Shown here in pieces: positions 36,675 through 50,300 of a DNA stretch of 64,000 nt. This stretch comes from Leucoraja erinacea (taxonomy: Eukaryota): the NCBI RefSeq assembly GCF_028641065.1, contig NC_073393.1:20026001-20090000 (forward strand), written 5' to 3'. The translations under genes and the position numbers were made by a program. The notes below the pieces were generated by a model. That model did no database searches, was not told the origin of the DNA, and saw only the letters and a list, made by a program, of their open reading frames with translations. Every line of letters starts with the position of its first letter. Positions within the stretch are counted from its first letter, which is position 1.

Positions 36675-36962
36675 GGGGTGGGGGCGCGCGGAGGTCGAGT
36701 GAGTGACGTGAAGTTCGAGCGAAGTCCGCGGGAAGTTCGCGCGTGACGTACGGCGTCAAGACGCTGCGTACGGCGTCAAGACGCTGCGTACGTCGTCGAG
36801 GCGGCTGCGGGCCTCGCGGAATCTTTGGACACGGTCAGTTTTTCGGAGCCCCGCGCGGTGTCGGGACCAGCTCCGCACAACTCCATACGGCTCCGGCGAT
36901 CGAAGTGGGATCGATTAGGTCGTGCTTGCCGCATGGAGTCGCATGCTCGTGGGACAGGCTCT
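36555..36962. mobile_element. MITE with TIRs (PIF/Harbinger-like)
   Basis: AGGGCCTGTCCCACGAGCATGCGAC ... GTCGCATGCTCGTGGGACAGGCTCT inverted termini, preceded by TAA; non-coding. Confidence 0.75.
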
Positions 36963-37642
36963 ATAGATAGCCAGTAAAATAAAAGACGATAGTAAGAATG
37001 TCTTCAGTTATATAACGAGTAAGACAGAAAATAGTGGAAGTTGGGTCTCTGGAGAATGATGCAGGAGAAGTGGTAATGAGGAATAAAGCAATGGCAGAGG
37101 AGTTTCATAACTTTTTTGCATCAATCTTTAGGAGGGATGAGTCATTATTGAATGGCAGACTAGACTTGATGGGCCGAATGGCCCAATTCTACTCATATCA
37201 CTTATGACCTTCTGACCTTCTTATCGAGTCCACATCACAAGATTAGATAATGTACAGCCACAGCTAAACACACTTCTCGGCATCTGCATACAATTGCATC
37301 TTGTGTTTCTTGTGCTTCTTGTGCGTGGTGGTGGTAAGATGGGTGGAAACAGGGCTGCGACGTGAACGCTTTCCTTGACCCCACCTTCTGACCTTATGAT
37401 CTATGACCTACTCCGTTTAATTTAGAATTTAGAGATCCAGCTACTAGGGACATTTTGTTTCCATTTACCAATCCAAGTATCCTACATACCTGTAGGTCTT
37501 TGGAGTGTGGGAAGAAACCGAAAATCTCGGAGAAACCCACGTAGGTCACAGGAAGAACGTACAAACTCTGTACGTCGGCACCCGTAGTTCGGATCGAACC
37601 GGTGTCTGCTGCATTTGCTGTAAGGCAACAACTCCACCGCTT

Positions 37643-40118
37643 TATGCACTTTAACTACATGTGATTTTTTTTTCTATTACAAATCTCAAATTGTGCAATA
37701 CAGAGTCAAATAAATAAATGATGGGTCTTTGTCCCAAACATTATGGGGGGCTCTATTACTCGCTTTTTTAGTACTGTTGGAGCAGCAGAAGTGATAGATA
37801 CTTCTATTCCTGTAATGGGCCATCGAATCCATTTTAGAGCCAGATTGTGTCGTTCTCCGCAAGAATCAATTCACCTTTGTTTAGAAGTTTTGTCGTTTAG
37901 TCTATGGAAGCGATTGTGCCTTATTTTTAGGTTACACAGAAAAGCTGGAGAAACTCAGCGGGTGCAACAGCATCTATGGAGCGAAGGAAATAGGCAACGT
38001 TTCGGGCCGAAACCCTTCTTCAGACTGATCAGGGGTGGGGGGGGGTGGGGACAAGAAAGGGAAAAGGAGGAGTAGCCGGAAGGCTGGAGGGTGGGAGGAG
38101 ACAGCAGGGGAGCTGAGGAAGGGGAGGAGACAGCAAGGACTAACAGAATTGGGAGAAGTCGATGTTCATGCCCCCGGGGTGCAGACTCCCCAAACGGAAT
38201 ATGAGGTGCTGTTCCTCCAATTTCCGGTGCTGCTCGCTGTGGCCATGGAGGAGACCCAGGACAGAGAGGTCGGAGACGGAGTGGGAGGGGGAGTTGAAGT
38301 GCTGAGCCACCGGGAGGTCAGCTAGGTTATTGCGGACCGAGCGGAGGTGTTCGGCGAAACGATCGCCCAACCTCCGCTTGGTCTCACCGATATAGATCTG
38401 CTGACATCTAGAGCAGCGGACGCAATAGATGAGGTTGGAAGAGATGCAGGTAAACCTCTGTCGCACCTGGAACGATTGCTTGGGTCCCTGAAAGGAGTTG
38501 AGGGGGGAGGTAAAGGGACAAGTGTTGCATCTGCTGCGGCCGCAAGGGAAAGTGCCCGGGGAGGGGGTGGACCGAGAGGGAAGGGAAGAATTGACAAGGG
38601 AGTTATGGAGGGAGCGGTCTTTGCGGAAGGCAGATATGGGGGGAGATGGGAAGATGTGGCCAGTAGTGGGGTCACGTTGGAGGTGGCGAAACTGACGGAG
38701 GATTATTTTTTGTATGTGATGGCTGGTGGGGTGAAAGGTGAGGACTAGGGGGACTCGGCCCTTGTTGCGAGTGCGGGGATGGGGAGAGAGAGCAGTGTTG
38801 CGGGGTATGGAAGAGACCCTGGTGCGAGCCTCATTTATGGTGGAGGAGGGGAACCCCCGTTCCCTGAATAGTGAGGACATTTCAGATGTCCTGGTGTGGA
38901 ACGCCTCATCCGTGGAGCAGATACGGCGTAGACGGAGGAATGGGGAGTAGGGGATGGAGTCCTTACAGGAAGCAGGGTGGGAAGAAGTGTAGTCCAGATA
39001 GCCATGGGAGTCAGTGGGTTTATAGTGTATGTCGGTTAGAAGTCTATCACCTGCAATGGAGATAGTGAGGTCAAGGAATGGTAGGGAAGTGTCGGAGAAG
39101 TGCCTTATTTTTAGTTTAGTTTAATTTCGTTTAGTTTAGTTTAGATATATTTTGTTTAAGTTTAGTTTAGATGAGTTTAGTTTAATTTAGTTTAGTTTAG
39201 TTTAGATTAGTTTAGCGATACAACGCAGAAAAAGGCCCTTCGGCCCACCGAGTCCATGCCGGCCATCGATGCCCGCATACTTACCATATCCTACACAAAC
39301 TAGGAGCAGTTTTACAATTATAGCAAGCCAATTAACCTACAAACCTGTACGTCTTACGACTGTGGGACCCGGTCTCTGGCGCCGTGTGGCAGCAACTCTT
39401 ACGTTGCGCCAACGTGCCGCCCCAAATCTGCTCTAAATTTGAGCAAATCTAGGATAAATCGAATGCCGGTGAATCAAGAAAGGACAGGTACTCATACATG
39501 TACGCATTCAGGCTAGACATCAGTACCTCCGCCCTTCGGCATGCTTCGGCGTTCAATAAGGTGATGATTGACCTTAGCTCTGCGTTTACCACTGCCAACC
39601 GAAGTATTGACGGCTTTACTTATTTAGTACATATTTCATCTCCTGACAGAAAATATAAAGTGGAGAAAAAAAGTCAAATTCTTGTCCTTGCGCATAATGT
39701 ATCAAATAGATTTATATGGCAAAGTTAGACACAAGATGCTGGAGAAACTCGGCGGGTCAGGCATCATCTCAGGAGAAAATGGATGTGACGTTTCGGGTCC
39801 GGACCCTTCTTCAGACTGAATGCAGCAGGGAGAGTAGAGGGAACATTTGAAAGCGAAGTAAATTAGGAAAAGTCGGGGCCAGCTACAGATGACCTCAGGT
39901 AAAGTGGTTTCCCGATGGGCTGACTGTTGGCCAGGGACGGGAGTCCAAGAGGGATGCATAGTTACGAACTGCCGAATTCGGTAACCAACCTTTAGTGGAG
40001 GGCCGGGAGGGGCGGGGGGGAGAGGAGGGTTGGGGGGGGGGGGTGTTGCCGGCCTTGATTGGTCCTGTTTTTTCTTCACCTCAGTTCCGCCTCCCCACAC
40101 AAACACGCGCGCGCGCGC

Positions 40119-40163
<45 letters not shown>

Positions 40164-40510
40164 AGACGGGTCCAGACCCCAAGAGTCACCTGCCCATTTT
40201 CGTCAGATATGCTGCCTGACCCGCTGACTCACTCTAGCACTTGGTGTCTATTTTTGGTATAAACCAGTATCTGCCGTTCATTTTTATTACTTTTAGTTGG
40301 CAGCCTGTTGTAATAATTTCTGATCTTGCGATGCTCTCGTGTCTGCATGAGATTTAAAGCAACTTAAAAATGAATTAATGTTCTTCCCCCTAATTTTCAT
40401 CTCGTAGACCAAGCAGAAACCGACGCATGCTAAAGTGATCTACGCTCCGCTCGTCACGGCAGGAAACAAGAAAAGAGAGCAAACAATTGTACGGATAATG
40501 CCACTGACAA
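37643..40510 (+). repeat. Local duplicate of 32552-34228 (Tc1 end plus dead tail exons) carrying a Penelope insertion
   Basis: Near-identical sequence (ORFs 33220-33450 and 39498-39728 are identical); flanked by a 63-bp direct repeat at 37580-37642 and 40510-40572. Confidence 0.85.
37931..39099 (-). mobile_element. Young Penelope-like element, 5'-truncated, with 15-bp TSD
   Basis: Intact 246-aa ORF with a Cys motif and GIY-YIG (LIYCVRC...IYIGETKRRL..RF.EH); TSD GTGCCTTATTTTTAG at 37916-37930 and 39100-39114. Confidence 0.9.
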
Positions 40511-41689
40511 CCCGTAGTTCGGATCGAACCGGTGTCTGCTGCATTTGCTGTAAGGCAGCAACTCCACCGCTTCGCCACCATGCCGCCATGTTGTAACTGG
40601 AGAGAGGGTCAGCAGGAGTACAGCTGCTGTGATACTGGGGAGACCCGGGTGAGGGCCTCATCTGTGATGGATGACGAGAATCCCCATTTCCTAAAGAATA
40701 AGGACATCGGGATGTCCTGGTTTGGCACACGTCATCTTGGGCGCAGATGCAGCGTAGACGTTGGAATTCGGAACAGGGGACTAGGACGCAGTGTGGGAAT
40801 AAGTATGATCTAAATAGCTGTGAGTTTATGATATATGTCAATCGATATTCTGTTTCCTGTGTTGGAGCCAGTGAGATAAAGAAACAGAAGGGAGATGTCG
40901 GGGATGGTCCTAGTGAACTTGAGTGCGGGATGAAACTTAGTCGTGATGTTAATGGAGTCTGTGAGTTGTGCATGGGAGCCCCAATGCAATCATCAGTGTA
41001 ATATAGATAGATTTCTGGGATAAGCCCAGTGTACGCCTTGAACAGGGATTATTTGACCTTCCCCGCAAAGATAGACATAAAAAGTTGGAGTAACACATGG
41101 ACACGCACCTTCTCGATTGTGTTACTTATTGTAGCTGCAGTACTTGTATTTGGGTCAGTTGAGTTTATACTGAATGGTAGAGCCCAGCGTATTGATAATG
41201 GCGTCACAGGGGGGGGGGGGGGGGGGGGGGGGCATTGTCTTCATTGGAGGAAAGAAGATGAGACTTTATTGCCTTCCTTCACAGTGAGGAATGTGGTGGA
41301 GCCGCTGTGGTGGATGTTTATGTTAATTTTTATGTATTTGTGTCTTGTTGCTTTTTTTGGTATGACTGTATGGCAAATCAAATTTTCTGTATGTTGAAAA
41401 ACACGTTTAGCTAATAAATTACATGAGTTACGAGTTACGAGTTATTAGCTTCCTACTGTGTTCTCTATAAATATCTGATCAAGCCTGGGGGATTTGTCTA
41501 CCTTCACACAACTTAGGACGTTCAGTACTTCATCGACCGCAATGCCGACTTACCTCAAGATCCTTCCATTAACTGTCCCAGATTCTGAGATGCCACCGTC
41601 TTTTTCCATAGTAAAGCCTCAGTTTCGCTCATTATCTGAACTTCCTCACACTCAGGTGCCTTGCCTTTCATTCTAACATGAATGTGTCT

Positions 41690-42520
41690 GCCCAGAACTC
41701 TTGTAATCATAATTTCTAAAGCATTCAACTTTTCAAATGCTTCGTTCCCCGCAATTAAACGCGTGCAATCAACTGAAGCAATTCCTTGTCCAATACGATC
41801 AAAGTAGGCCCTGCCCTAGTTAGGTAATTTAACGAGCGGGGTGGCCCTATCTCTATCCTTAACTATCTTTAAACTATCTTTAAACTAATTGAACAGCAGT
41901 CAACGGTCGCAGAAGGCTCACACAAAGAACGCTTCAGTCACATGCTCTTCCCAATTTCTTAAGAGTAGATCAAGCTCTGCTCTCTACCATGTCGGGCCCT
42001 CTGCATGTTGCCTGAGGAAACGTTCCTGTCACATTTGACACATTCCACCCCACCTAAGCCTTTTACACAATGCAGTCCCAGTGTATGTTTGAAAGTTAAA
42101 AGCCCCGATCATGATAACCTTATTATTAGTCTTGCAGCTGCCAGCAATGCTGGGGCATATCTTCTCTTCTAATTCCTGTTAACTATTTGTGAGTCACAAC
42201 AAGGTGATAATCCCCTTTTTTATGTCTCCACTCTACCCATATAGTCTCAATGGACGAACTACCAGTAATGTCATCTCGGACTAGTGCCATGACATTCTCC
42301 TTAATCAATAAAGCAACATCCCCCTCCTCTTTTACCCCAGACCTATCTCTCCTGCAGCACCTGTATCCTGGAACATTAAGTTGCCAGTCCTGTCCCTCTG
42401 TTAGCCAGGTTTCCTTAATGGCTACGGCATTCCAGTCGCACAGACCTATCAACACCTTGAGTTCATCTGACTTATCAATAAGGCCTCTCGCATTAAAAAT
42501 AAGTGCAATTCAATCCAACA
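41690..42520 (-). mobile_element. Old CR1 endonuclease-region fragment
   Basis: VAIKETWL...WQLNVPGY...RRDR motif. Confidence 0.7.
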
Positions 42521-44676
42521 GTCCTTCCTCACTCCCTACTGTAATCCTTTCTATTATGTCCTCTGACCTTATTTCATCTCCATGCATACGGCTTCCAGCC
42601 TCTCATCTGTCTCAGTCTTCCTTCGGATCCCCCACCCTTCCAATCTAAATTAAACCCTTTAAGGGATTCCTGTTTCTCCTTAAAATTATACCTAATTTCT
42701 GCATTATGTTCGGAGCAGATATCCTTGGCCAAAAGGTCCGTGCCTATGCTATACTGTCCTTTGTACTTCTCAAAGACCTTGCTAAAGTCCATTTAGACGA
42801 CGTCTATGGCCCTGGCACCAGCAATCTTCTTTGCTGCTTCTTCAAAATACTCTGGTAAATTCGTCTCTCATGTACAAAGCCATGCTTACTATATCCACTG
42901 TACGGATACCATTCCAAAAGCAGATGTATCTCATCCCTCCACTTAACTCGGATTCATTTGTTCACTGTTCTCCATTCTGATTCGACGAATCAAACGCGAA
43001 TCCACATTGGTATTTCCCCATATATACCTGTGTGTGCTTACGTGTGTCCAGTCATCTCTTTGTTAATTTGAGCAGTCAGGTGCGGGATTAACAACAATAG
43101 ACAATAGATAATAGGTGCAGGAGTAGGCCATTTGGCCCTTCGAGCCAGTACCGCCATTCAATGTGATCATGGCTGATCATCCACAATCATTAGCCCGTTC
43201 CTGCCTTCTCTCCATATCCCCTGACTCCGAAGAGAGGTTAGTCTACGTGGTAGTCTGGGGTACGTCCGCAACTCTCTGTAATATCTAGCTGTCTTGGGAG
43301 TAGCTGTTCCCAAACCATGCCTTGATGCGGCCCGATAAAATGTTTTCAATGGCGCATCTTTTGAGGCAGGGATATTGACGACATGCGTAACTGCCCAAGC
43401 CTTCTAAGAGAGTAGAGGTATTGGTGTGCTTTATTTGCCATTGTATCGACGTGGCTGGTCTAGGACAAATTGTTGGTGATATGTATTCCTAAAAACCTGG
43501 AGCTTTCAGCCATCTTTACTTTAGCAGCATCAATGTATACCAGTGTATGTGCACCGCTTCGCTTGCCGACGACGATCATAACTTCTTTGTCTTGCTTTCA
43601 TTAAGAGAACGGTTATGTCATGATATAAGGAAACGTCTCTGTCCAGAGTCCCTTAGTCTTTGTAATATATGGATTTCCATGGATTATTGGGATTCAGGCA
43701 TTGATTGACAACCAGCACACACGGATGTGACAATATTATAGTATAAACCCTCTAATTCAGGTCAGTACTTTCAACTACTTTAGGCATTTACTGATCCAGG
43801 TCATTACTTCCAACTGTGGCACCCGCCTTGCATATACAGTAGCTTGTAGCACCGTGTACGTAAAGCAGGACTGCGCCTCTTTGCTTTCTGATTGCATTCC
43901 ATCTGGATATCTGTGGAGTCTCCAGTTACCTTCAGGTTTCGCGTCCACAGGAAGTAAAGCAGTTCAGACTACAATGGCCAAAGGACTTATGCAAGTACAT
44001 TGGAGCATCTAGGAAGATAGAAAAATAACTAACAGTGAGGTACGGATTTCCCTGCATCCCAGCAAACTTTGCCAGGCTATTTTTATATAACCACAACTCA
44101 TACAATTAGCGATTCTTCACAGAGAATTCACCATACTCACATATAGAACAAGGTTTTAGAAACCGGTAATTGTTGTCAGTATATTGCTCAAACGAGTATC
44201 TTACTAATATTATATTATAAATAGTCACAATCATGCAGTTTATTCCGCTGTTTTCCTAATCCTGCCGTATTTGGAGCAATTGGATTGCTTATGTGAACTG
44301 ATAACCTGATAATAATTAATCGCTGAACGCCTTTATTAGCAATCAAACAGCTTTGCGCAAACTATAGAAACAGGTGTCCGCACAACCCTTGTGAATTCTT
44401 CATTGACGTTGACATAGTTTAACCTGTCTACACGCACTACCCCCTCCGCTTGCATCCACTCCCCGACACTAAACTACACTAACCGTGCCTGCATCACTGC
44501 CTGGACAATCACATTATGAAGTATTGAGTCTGGCTTGATTTCCTCCATGTTCAGCAATGTTTGGCACGTATTTCGGCATTTCCATCAGTATATGTGTTAC
44601 GGCGGCGAACGCTATTTCTGCTTGGAAAACCTACAATAGTCGGTCCAAATCCCACCATCTGGACAACAAATCACAC

Positions 44677-46358
44677 AGAAACACAGAAACATAGAAAATA
44701 GGTGCAGGAGTAGGCCATTCGGCCCTTCAAGCATTAACGCCATTCAATATGATCATGGTTGATCATCCAACTCGGTATCCTGTACCTGCCTTCTGTCCAT
44801 ACCCCCTGATCCCTTTAGCCGCAAGGGCCACATCTAACTCCCTCTTAATTACAGCAAATGAACTGGCCAGAACTATCTTCTGTGGCAGAGAATTCCAGAG
44901 ATTCACCACTTTCTGTGTGAAAAATATTTTTCTCATCTCGGTCCTAAACGATTTCCCCCTTATCCATGAACTGTGACCCCTTGTTCTGGATTTCCTCAAC
45001 ATCGGGAACAATCTTCCTGCATCTAGCCTGTCAACCCCTTAAGAGTTGTGTAAGTTTCTATAAGATCCCCCCTCAATCTTCTAAATTCTAGCAAGTACAA
45101 GCCGAGTCTATCCAGTCTTTCTTCATATGAAAGTCCTGACATCCCAGGAATCAGTCTGGTGAACCTTCTCTGTACTCCCTCTATGGCAAGAATGTCTTTC
45201 CTCAGATTAGGAGACCAAAACCGTACGCAATACTCCAGGTGTGGTCTCACCAAGACCCTGAACAACGGCAGTAGAACCTACCTGCTCCTATACTCAAATC
45301 CTTTTGCTATGAATGCTAACATACCATTGGCTTTCTTCACTGCCTGCTGCACCTGCATGCCTACTTTCAATGACTGGTGTACCATGACACCCAGGTCTCG
45401 TTGCATCTCCCCCTTTCCTAATCGGCCACCATTCAGATAATAGTCTACTTTCCTGTTTTTGCCACCAAAGTGGATATCCTCACATTTATCCACATTATAC
45501 TGCATCTGCCATGCATTTGCCCACTCACCCAGCCTATCCAAGTCACCTTGCAGCCTCCTTGCATCCTCCTCACAGCTAACACTGCCCCCCAACTTCGTGT
45601 CATCCGCAAACTTTGAGATGTTGCATACAATTCCCTCGTCCAAACCATTAATATATATAATATAAATAGCTGTGGTCCCAGCACTGAGCCTTGCGGTACC
45701 CCACTAGTCACTGCCTGTCATTCTGAAAAGGACCCGTTTACTCCTACTCTTTGCTTCCTGTCTGCCAGCCAGTTCTCTATCCATAAACACTGAACCCCCA
45801 ATACCGTGTGCATTAAGTTTGTATACTAATCTCTTATGTGGGACCCTGTCGAAAGCCTTCAGAATGTCCAGATATAACACATCCACTGATTCTCCCTTAT
45901 CCACTCTACTAGTTACATCCTCGAACATTTCTATAAGATTCGTCAGACATGATTTACCTTTCATAAATTCATGCTGACTTTGTCCAATGATTTCACCACT
46001 TTCCATATGTGCTGCTATCCCATCTTTAATAACTGACTGTAGCAGTTCCCCCACTACCGATGTTAGACTAACTGGATTGTAATCCCCGTGTTCTCTCTCC
46101 CTCCCTTTTTAAAAAGTGGGGTTACATTAGCTACCCTCCAATCCTCAGGAACTACTCCAGAATCTAAAGAATTTTGAAAAATTATCACTCATGCACCCAC
46201 TATTTCTGGGGCTACTTCGTTAAGTACTCTGGGATGCAGCCTATCTGGCCCTGGTGATTTATCGGCCTTTAATCCATTCAATTTACCTAACACCACTTCC
46301 CGGCTAACCTGGATTTTACTCACATCATCCATCTAATTTGACCCCCGGTCCCCTGCTA
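44677..46358 (-). mobile_element. CR1 LINE, 5'-truncated
   Basis: FADDTKLG and GVPQGSVLGP motifs plus tail repeats. Confidence 0.92.
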
Positions 46359-47328
46359 TCTGTTTCACCGTGCCCGTCCACCGCCATCCTCGTCGATTAT
46401 GGATTTTCTCGCTGAATAATACAAAACCGTTTCACCAAACCGACGTGACACTGAGAGCTTTTCGGTGGTGGCGAAAGCAGAAACGCCGACAACAGAAGAA
46501 CGAATGCCTCAGAAGCAGCGGTGAAGCAATTTATGGCTGTTACCTGTTAAACCCGACGCAGTTTCACCAGCAATCTCTATTGAATGGCGAATACCTCCCT
46601 CTGTTATGAACTTTAAGAATGCGTTATCTATTTCTTTGCTAAACTATAGACCAATGGGTCTCACCAATCTTATCTGAAATTATTTCGCAGATTTTTCTGC
46701 TGAAATGACGCAAACTTCCGCTATCATTGCACAACAGTGTACCGATGTTTTTGCAGAGACTAACTGAGCAAAATGGGACTTTTCTCTTCATCCTGTGCGG
46801 AAAATCAAGCTAAATTCAGTATGGAGAGCAGGGGAATTTCAAAATGGGGACCAGCGCTTAAATGTCGTCATCATAGCTTGTGTTAGCACAAGGACTCGCT
46901 GATTATTGGAGTGGAAGCGAGAAGGGACGAAATGGGCGGTGCGGTGAGGGGAGGGGGAGCGGTGGGTCGTGGTCAGGGATGGTAGCGATCCGGAGTGATG
47001 ACGTTGGGATGGCGGAATGGGACTGCTAGGGTTGGGGTGTGTGGATTGATTGGGGAGGCGGAGAGTCGATTTAGTACAACTAGATGCAAAACGCAGGATT
47101 TTAGAGCTCATCTACGTTATATTTGTTTGGTGTATTGCTTTCTCTTCATTCAGTGAAAGTCCACAGCCGATTGTGTCGCTGTTGACAGCAATGCAAGTAA
47201 AATTAAGTCTAGCCACATCGACAAGAGCCGCGCTGCAGTCACAGAAGGAGTGACGCGCTTCATCGTCTGACAATTCGACCTTCAGACACGTTCACTGCTC
47301 CACACGCCCTGTGATCACTTGCTGCAGT

Positions 47329-50300
47329 ATGTTGTCCAGTATTGCACTTCGCTGTTTCTCTTTTTGGGGGATAATTTTCACAGGTACATGGCATCCCCAT
47401 AAACCGTTTATACAGACTAAAACCTACATCTATTCAAGGTTTCTTTAATGTGTGTCTTTATTTCCATCTGCAATTAGCCCTGCTCTTGCGTTTAACCTTC
47501 TGGGGTGAAATATTCCTAATCTGGCCTGTTTTTCTTTCCTTTAGGCTCTGGGGAAACTGCAGACAATGTAAGTCAATTTCCTCAAGCAGTAAATGTCTCG
47601 ACGGGCCAACATGCTTCATTTCACTGCTCTCTTCCCTTCTTTCGTGAAGGGCCCAGCGTAAGCGTACATTGGTGGAAACAGGGTGAAAATGATTTTTTCA
47701 TCCCAGGCCCTGACGGGAGAACGATTTCCGGCGTCAGCACTAAATTTAGTGGCTTCCTAAAAATAACCAATGTGAGCCGACAGGATGCCGGAGTATATTA
47801 TTGTACCATCACCCGCCGGGGCACTTTAGTTGGCAACGGAACCGGATCGACATTAGTTGTGTTGGGTAAGTGTATTTAAGCGTGTAACGAATGCGATTTC
47901 GCGACTGTGATATTGCCCTGCAAGTAACGTGTTGTTTTCAGATTTTAATCATTCATACAGCCAGATGAATATTATAAATATTGCAATTGGTAAATCATAC
48001 CATAGATGGTCTGCATGCTGATATGTATAAACAAGACGTGTTAGCGATATTAATCAAAACGTATTTTATGTATTGGATGTTTATTTCCAAAGCACAGCAT
48101 AACATCAGTAAAATACAGGTAGCATTGTAGTGCCCGCCGTGAATACGTAAGAGACATATACAACTATGGTAGCGGGTGACCCCATACGATGTACAATTCC
48201 GCCTGCGTTAGATCAAGTGTTTGTTTATATATTGGACGTTAGAATCATTCAATTGTAGCCACATGAATAAGTTTGGACGCTAACGTTGCGGACGTAAAAT
48301 AACGAAGAATCGGAACCTAAATTTCCATCAACATTTCAAATAACCTGCATGGTATCCCGGACATTCCACCCAAAATTCTCATATCACAACTAAATTACAT
48401 TTTTCAGAATTTTGTATTCACATTTTTTATTCAACATTTCCATGTGTGGCATTTCCCCGAGATCTCAGTGTGGCAAGAACAACACATTTACCATCATGTT
48501 GCGGGAACTGCAGATGCTGGTTTAAACCGAAGATAGACACAAAATGCTGGCGTCACTCAGCGGGACAGGCAGCATCTCTGGATAGAAGGAATGGGCGACG
48601 TTTCGGGTCGAGACCTTTCTTCAGATTGGCAGGGGAGACGGAGACACAGAGATAAGGAAACGTGTGGTGTCAAAACGAGACAAAGGGGATGACGATCAGC
48701 GGGAATGTAGAATAGATCATTGTTAGCTAGGAGAAGGGAACAACAAAGTAAACAGAGATAAAATGTAAACGAGGACAGTCAGATTAATCGGAGAACTGGA
48801 AAGAGAGCGAAGGCAAGGGTTACTTGAAATTAGAAATGAATATTCATACCGCTGGGGTTTAAGCTGCCCAAGCGAAATACGAGGTGTTGTTCCTCCAATT
48901 TGCGGTGGACCTCACTTTGACAATGGAAGAGACCCAGGACAAAAAGATCAGTGTGGGAATGAGAGGGGGAGTTAAAGTGTTGGCTAGTGGTGGGATCCCG
49001 TTGGAGGTGGCGAAAATGCGGGAGAATCATGTGCTGTATGCGACGGCTGATGGGGTGAACGGTGAGGACTAGGGGGACTATGTCCCTGTTGCGACTGGGG
49101 GGAGGGGGGGGGGGGGCAAGCGCGGAGCTGCGGGATATCGAGGAAGACACCAGTGAGGGCATCGTTTATGATGGAACCCCTGTTTCCTATTGCATGAAGG
49201 CATCTCAGATGTCCTGGTATGGAACACCTCATCTTGCGCGCAGATGCGGCGTAGACTGAGAATTAGGGAGTAGGGGATACAGTCTCTACAGGACGCAGAG
49301 TGGGATATACATTTACCATCATGTTTTCTTCACTAGACAGCACGAGTAAACGTCATCTCTGATTTCAAATCGGGTATAAAGATTCCGTTTACATTATTAT
49401 AAAAGCACCATTAACGCGCGAATCCGCCTCACATTAACCATTCACTCTCCGCGCACTTATTTTCTACTAATATAAACGTATCACTGACCTTCATTCCCTA
49501 GTTCCGCCAACTCCACTGAAAATTTACTCTGGAATTCCCGAGAAGACGGAATCCTTCTTTATTCTCTGCGCGACATCTCCCTTTTACCCAAAGGATATCA
49601 GCTTCATCTGGTATAAAGATGGTATAAAAACTACAACGGATTTAGATAATAGCAACAAGCTCACCGCAGATGGATTGTTTGAAGCTTCCAGCCGATTAAA
49701 GGTGACACAGTATGGCCCGACCGGCACCGTTTACACCTGCCTTGTGAATCATGTAACTCACCGTGTTCCTGCAGCAGCTACTTACGTTGTCATCAACTCC
49801 GACACAGGTAAGACTGTGTATCGCTATTACCATAGAAAGATACTTAAAGTTTGAGATTTCACAAAATGTCGCATGATATGAATTACCGTTAGTCCTGGCC
49901 TGAAACTTTCAACCTTGAAGATCCCTCTATTATAATCACATCCGCTGGAATTCCATGTGGCCTCAAATGCTCTCATCAAGTACACGCAAAATTGTCTTTT
50001 GACAAATTTCATTGGGAGCTGCTACCTCCAACATGTCAGGCGCTGCACTCCGATTCTGAAGAAAGCTACTCCTACAAATCTCCTCGATACGGTATAACCG
50101 CTGGTTTTCCTTTTTCTTCTGGGGAAATGGGTTGTAATTGCCCCAGTAAAGCATCCCCCGTGACCAATTGCCCTTCATTTCTGCCCAAACGAGAAGACCC
50201 CAAATTCTCCCAACTCTTCACTGAACCGGCCCTATGATCTCGTAATTCTCGCAAACAACCTGTGCACAGACCTAAATTAAAAGTAGTGATTTTCAAGCAT

